Assembly (NCBI GenBank): GCA_966211075.1
Contig: CBIHMQ010000001.1
Location: 1 to 40,875 of the forward strand
Length of the DNA: 40,875 nucleotides
Direction of reading: 5' to 3'
Source: an uncultured bacterium
GTDB lineage: Bacteria; Actinomycetota; Thermoleophilia; Solirubrobacterales; 70-9
The position numbers were made by a program, and so were the translations under genes. Below, piece after piece: positions 39,863 through 40,875 of this stretch. Under the pieces are notes generated by a model. That model saw nothing but the letters and a program-made list of their open reading frames with translations. It made no database searches and was not told the DNA's origin. The first letter of the stretch is position 1, and every line of letters starts with the position of its first letter.

Positions 39863-40591
39863 ATGGCACAGCGTGAAGCCGCTGCCGCACCCGGCCCGAA
39901 TCCCTTTGCCACCGACCCCGGCGACGAGCTGCCGGTTGGTCTGCAGTTGAGCTGGCGGTTGCGGGCGCTGATCGCGACCGGGCAGCTCGCGCCGGGGGAG
40001 CGCCTGCCGAGCTTCCGGCAGTTGGCCGGCTGGGCCGGAGTCAGCCTGAATACGGTCCGCGCCGTCTACGAGGGCTTGGAGCGGGAGGGCCTGGTCGTCA
40101 GTCGCCAGGGTCAGGGCACCTTCGTCGCCGCCGGGGTCGATCCCGCCCCGGAGCTGGAGGAGATCGCCGCCGAGGCGCTGCGCCGTGCCCGCGACGCGGG
40201 GTTGGGCCCGCGCGAGCTGGCGATCGTCGCGATGACCTGCGCCAGCCTCCCCGACGAGAACGAGGAACTTCTCGCGCCGCCGCCGCAACTGCCCGATCCC
40301 GAAACGGAGAGCGAGGCGATCGAGGTGCGGCAGGAGCTGCGCCGGCAGATCGGCCGGCTCGAGGCCGAGCTCGCCGCCTACGCGCGCGACCTGCGGCCGG
40401 GCAAGTTGCCGACGGCGCCGCGGCGGGCGGAGGCACACGTCGCCGGCGTCCAGGAGCTGGAGCAGACCCGCGACACGCTGATCGCGCAGCTCTCGGAGGC
40501 GCAGCGGGCGGCGGAGCAGCGGGTGCGAGGAGAAGCGGAAGGCAGAGGACCGCTCGGAAGAGCGATGAGCTGGTGGCGGGCGAAGCCGTAA
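39863..40591 (+). CDS. GntR-family regulator with non-canonical coiled-coil C-terminal region
   Basis: The GntR wHTH is 'LPSFRQLAGWAGVSLNTVRAVYEGLEREGLVVSRQGQGTFV'. The C-terminal half is E/R/A-rich and helical, not a FadR/HutC/MocR-type domain. Confidence 0.8.
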   Translation: MAQREAAAAPGPNPFATDPGDELPVGLQLSWRLRALIATGQLAPGERLPSFRQLAGWAGVSLNTVRAVYEGLEREGLVVSRQGQGTFVAAGVDPAPELEEIAAEALRRARDAGLGPRELAIVAMTCASLPDENEELLAPPPQLPDPETESEAIEVRQELRRQIGRLEAELAAYARDLRPGKLPTAPRRAEAHVAGVQELEQTRDTLIAQLSEAQRAAEQRVRGEAEGRGPLGRAMSWWRAKP

Positions 40592-40875
40592 TCAAGAGAA
40601 CCACCAGCTCCGTCAACTCGGCCTTCACCGAGGTGGGGAACATGATGATCCTCACCGCGAAGACCGTGGTCTCGGCGGTGCGGCGCCCCTACCCCTACGG
40701 GGAGGAGCTGGTCTGGCAGTTCCTCTTCGTCCTGAAGCTGTCCTGGTTCCCGTTGACGCTCTCGACCTTCGCGCTGAACCTCGGGGCGCCGAACAGCGAG
40801 AGGATGCCCGCCGCCTGCAGCCCCGGCGCCCTCGACCGGCTCGGCGGCTTCTTCGTGGTCACCGCGGTGCGCTGG
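40573..40875 (+). CDS. YrbE/MlaE-family ABC permease (mce-type operon), N-terminal part; 3' end outside window
   Basis: The frame is open to the window end. 'EVGNMMILTAKTVVSAVRRPYPYGEELVWQFLFVLKLSWFPLTLSTFAL' parallels my recollection of the mycobacterial YrbE1A N-terminus ('LVGGFFRMCVLTGKALFRWPFQWREFILQCWFIMRVGFLPT'). Start is uncertain: GTG 40573 overlaps the GntR end, and ATG 40642 is the alternative. Confidence 0.55.
   Translation, partial: MAGEAVIKRTTSSVNSAFTEVGNMMILTAKTVVSAVRRPYPYGEELVWQFLFVLKLSWFPLTLSTFALNLGAPNSERMPAACSPGALDRLGGFFVVTAVRW

Noticed and set aside
1-40875. Search for CRISPR arrays, tandem repeats, IS elements, integrases or phage genes
   Set aside because: I saw no regularly spaced direct repeats, no transposase or integrase-like ORF and no terminal inverted repeats. 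The only mobile or defence-type trace is the Abi relic at 16106..16605.

Overview
Very GC-rich (by eye about 70% G+C, codon third positions almost all G/C) actinobacterial-type chromosomal segment. It carries about 45 protein-coding genes on both strands plus two tRNA-Ser genes. I saw no rRNA, CRISPR array, transposase, integrase or recognisable phage gene.

Gene order, left to right:
- cydAB (cydA cut by the window edge), a secreted choice-of-anchor-D repeat protein, and a HAD hydrolase.
- A divergent cfa-like methyltransferase / acyl-CoA desaturase pair, followed by a single-chain double TetR (Mce3R-like) and an ArsR-type regulator.
- A roughly 780-aa polytopic membrane protein, an MBL hydrolase, a USP and an S8 subtilase.
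- tadA + tRNA-Ser(GGA), a VOC protein, a YafY/WYL regulator interrupted by an in-frame TAG, and an Abi-family remnant in a lower-GC patch.
- A BcsA-like GT2 glycosyltransferase with a C-terminal PilZ domain, tRNA-Ser(CGA), and CsbD.
- Three tandem XRE regulators each with its own upstream box, then an ArsR-type regulator.
- Three paralogous TetR genes, the last translationally coupled to a long-form dCTP deaminase.
- A MerR + DHA2-MFS pump, YtoQ, and a SnoaL-like protein.
- An Rv2578c-type radical SAM gene directly behind a LexA/SOS box, converging on an ATP-dependent DNA ligase.
- An Opp/Dpp-type ABC importer operon headed by an EntS-like MFS gene.
- A 0.5-kb AT-rich structured leader, a membrane HD-GYP phosphodiesterase, and a Zn-ADH.
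- A secreted TIMP/NTR-like protein, a GntR regulator, and the start of a YrbE/MlaE permease.

Many long ORFs in the supplied track are mirror-frame artefacts of the high GC content. I cannot point to one unmistakable new multi-gene system. The best follow-up candidates are:
1. The structured leader with mini-ORF and terminator upstream of the HD-GYP gene (36320..36823).
2. The bacterial TIMP-like secreted protein (39377..39829).
3. The tandem XRE triplet with conserved boxes (19181..20150).
4. The SOS-box / radical SAM / ligase pair (27413..29469).
5. The TetR-coupled long-form dCTP deaminase (22526..24300).

All functional calls rest on motif recognition by eye. No database search was run.
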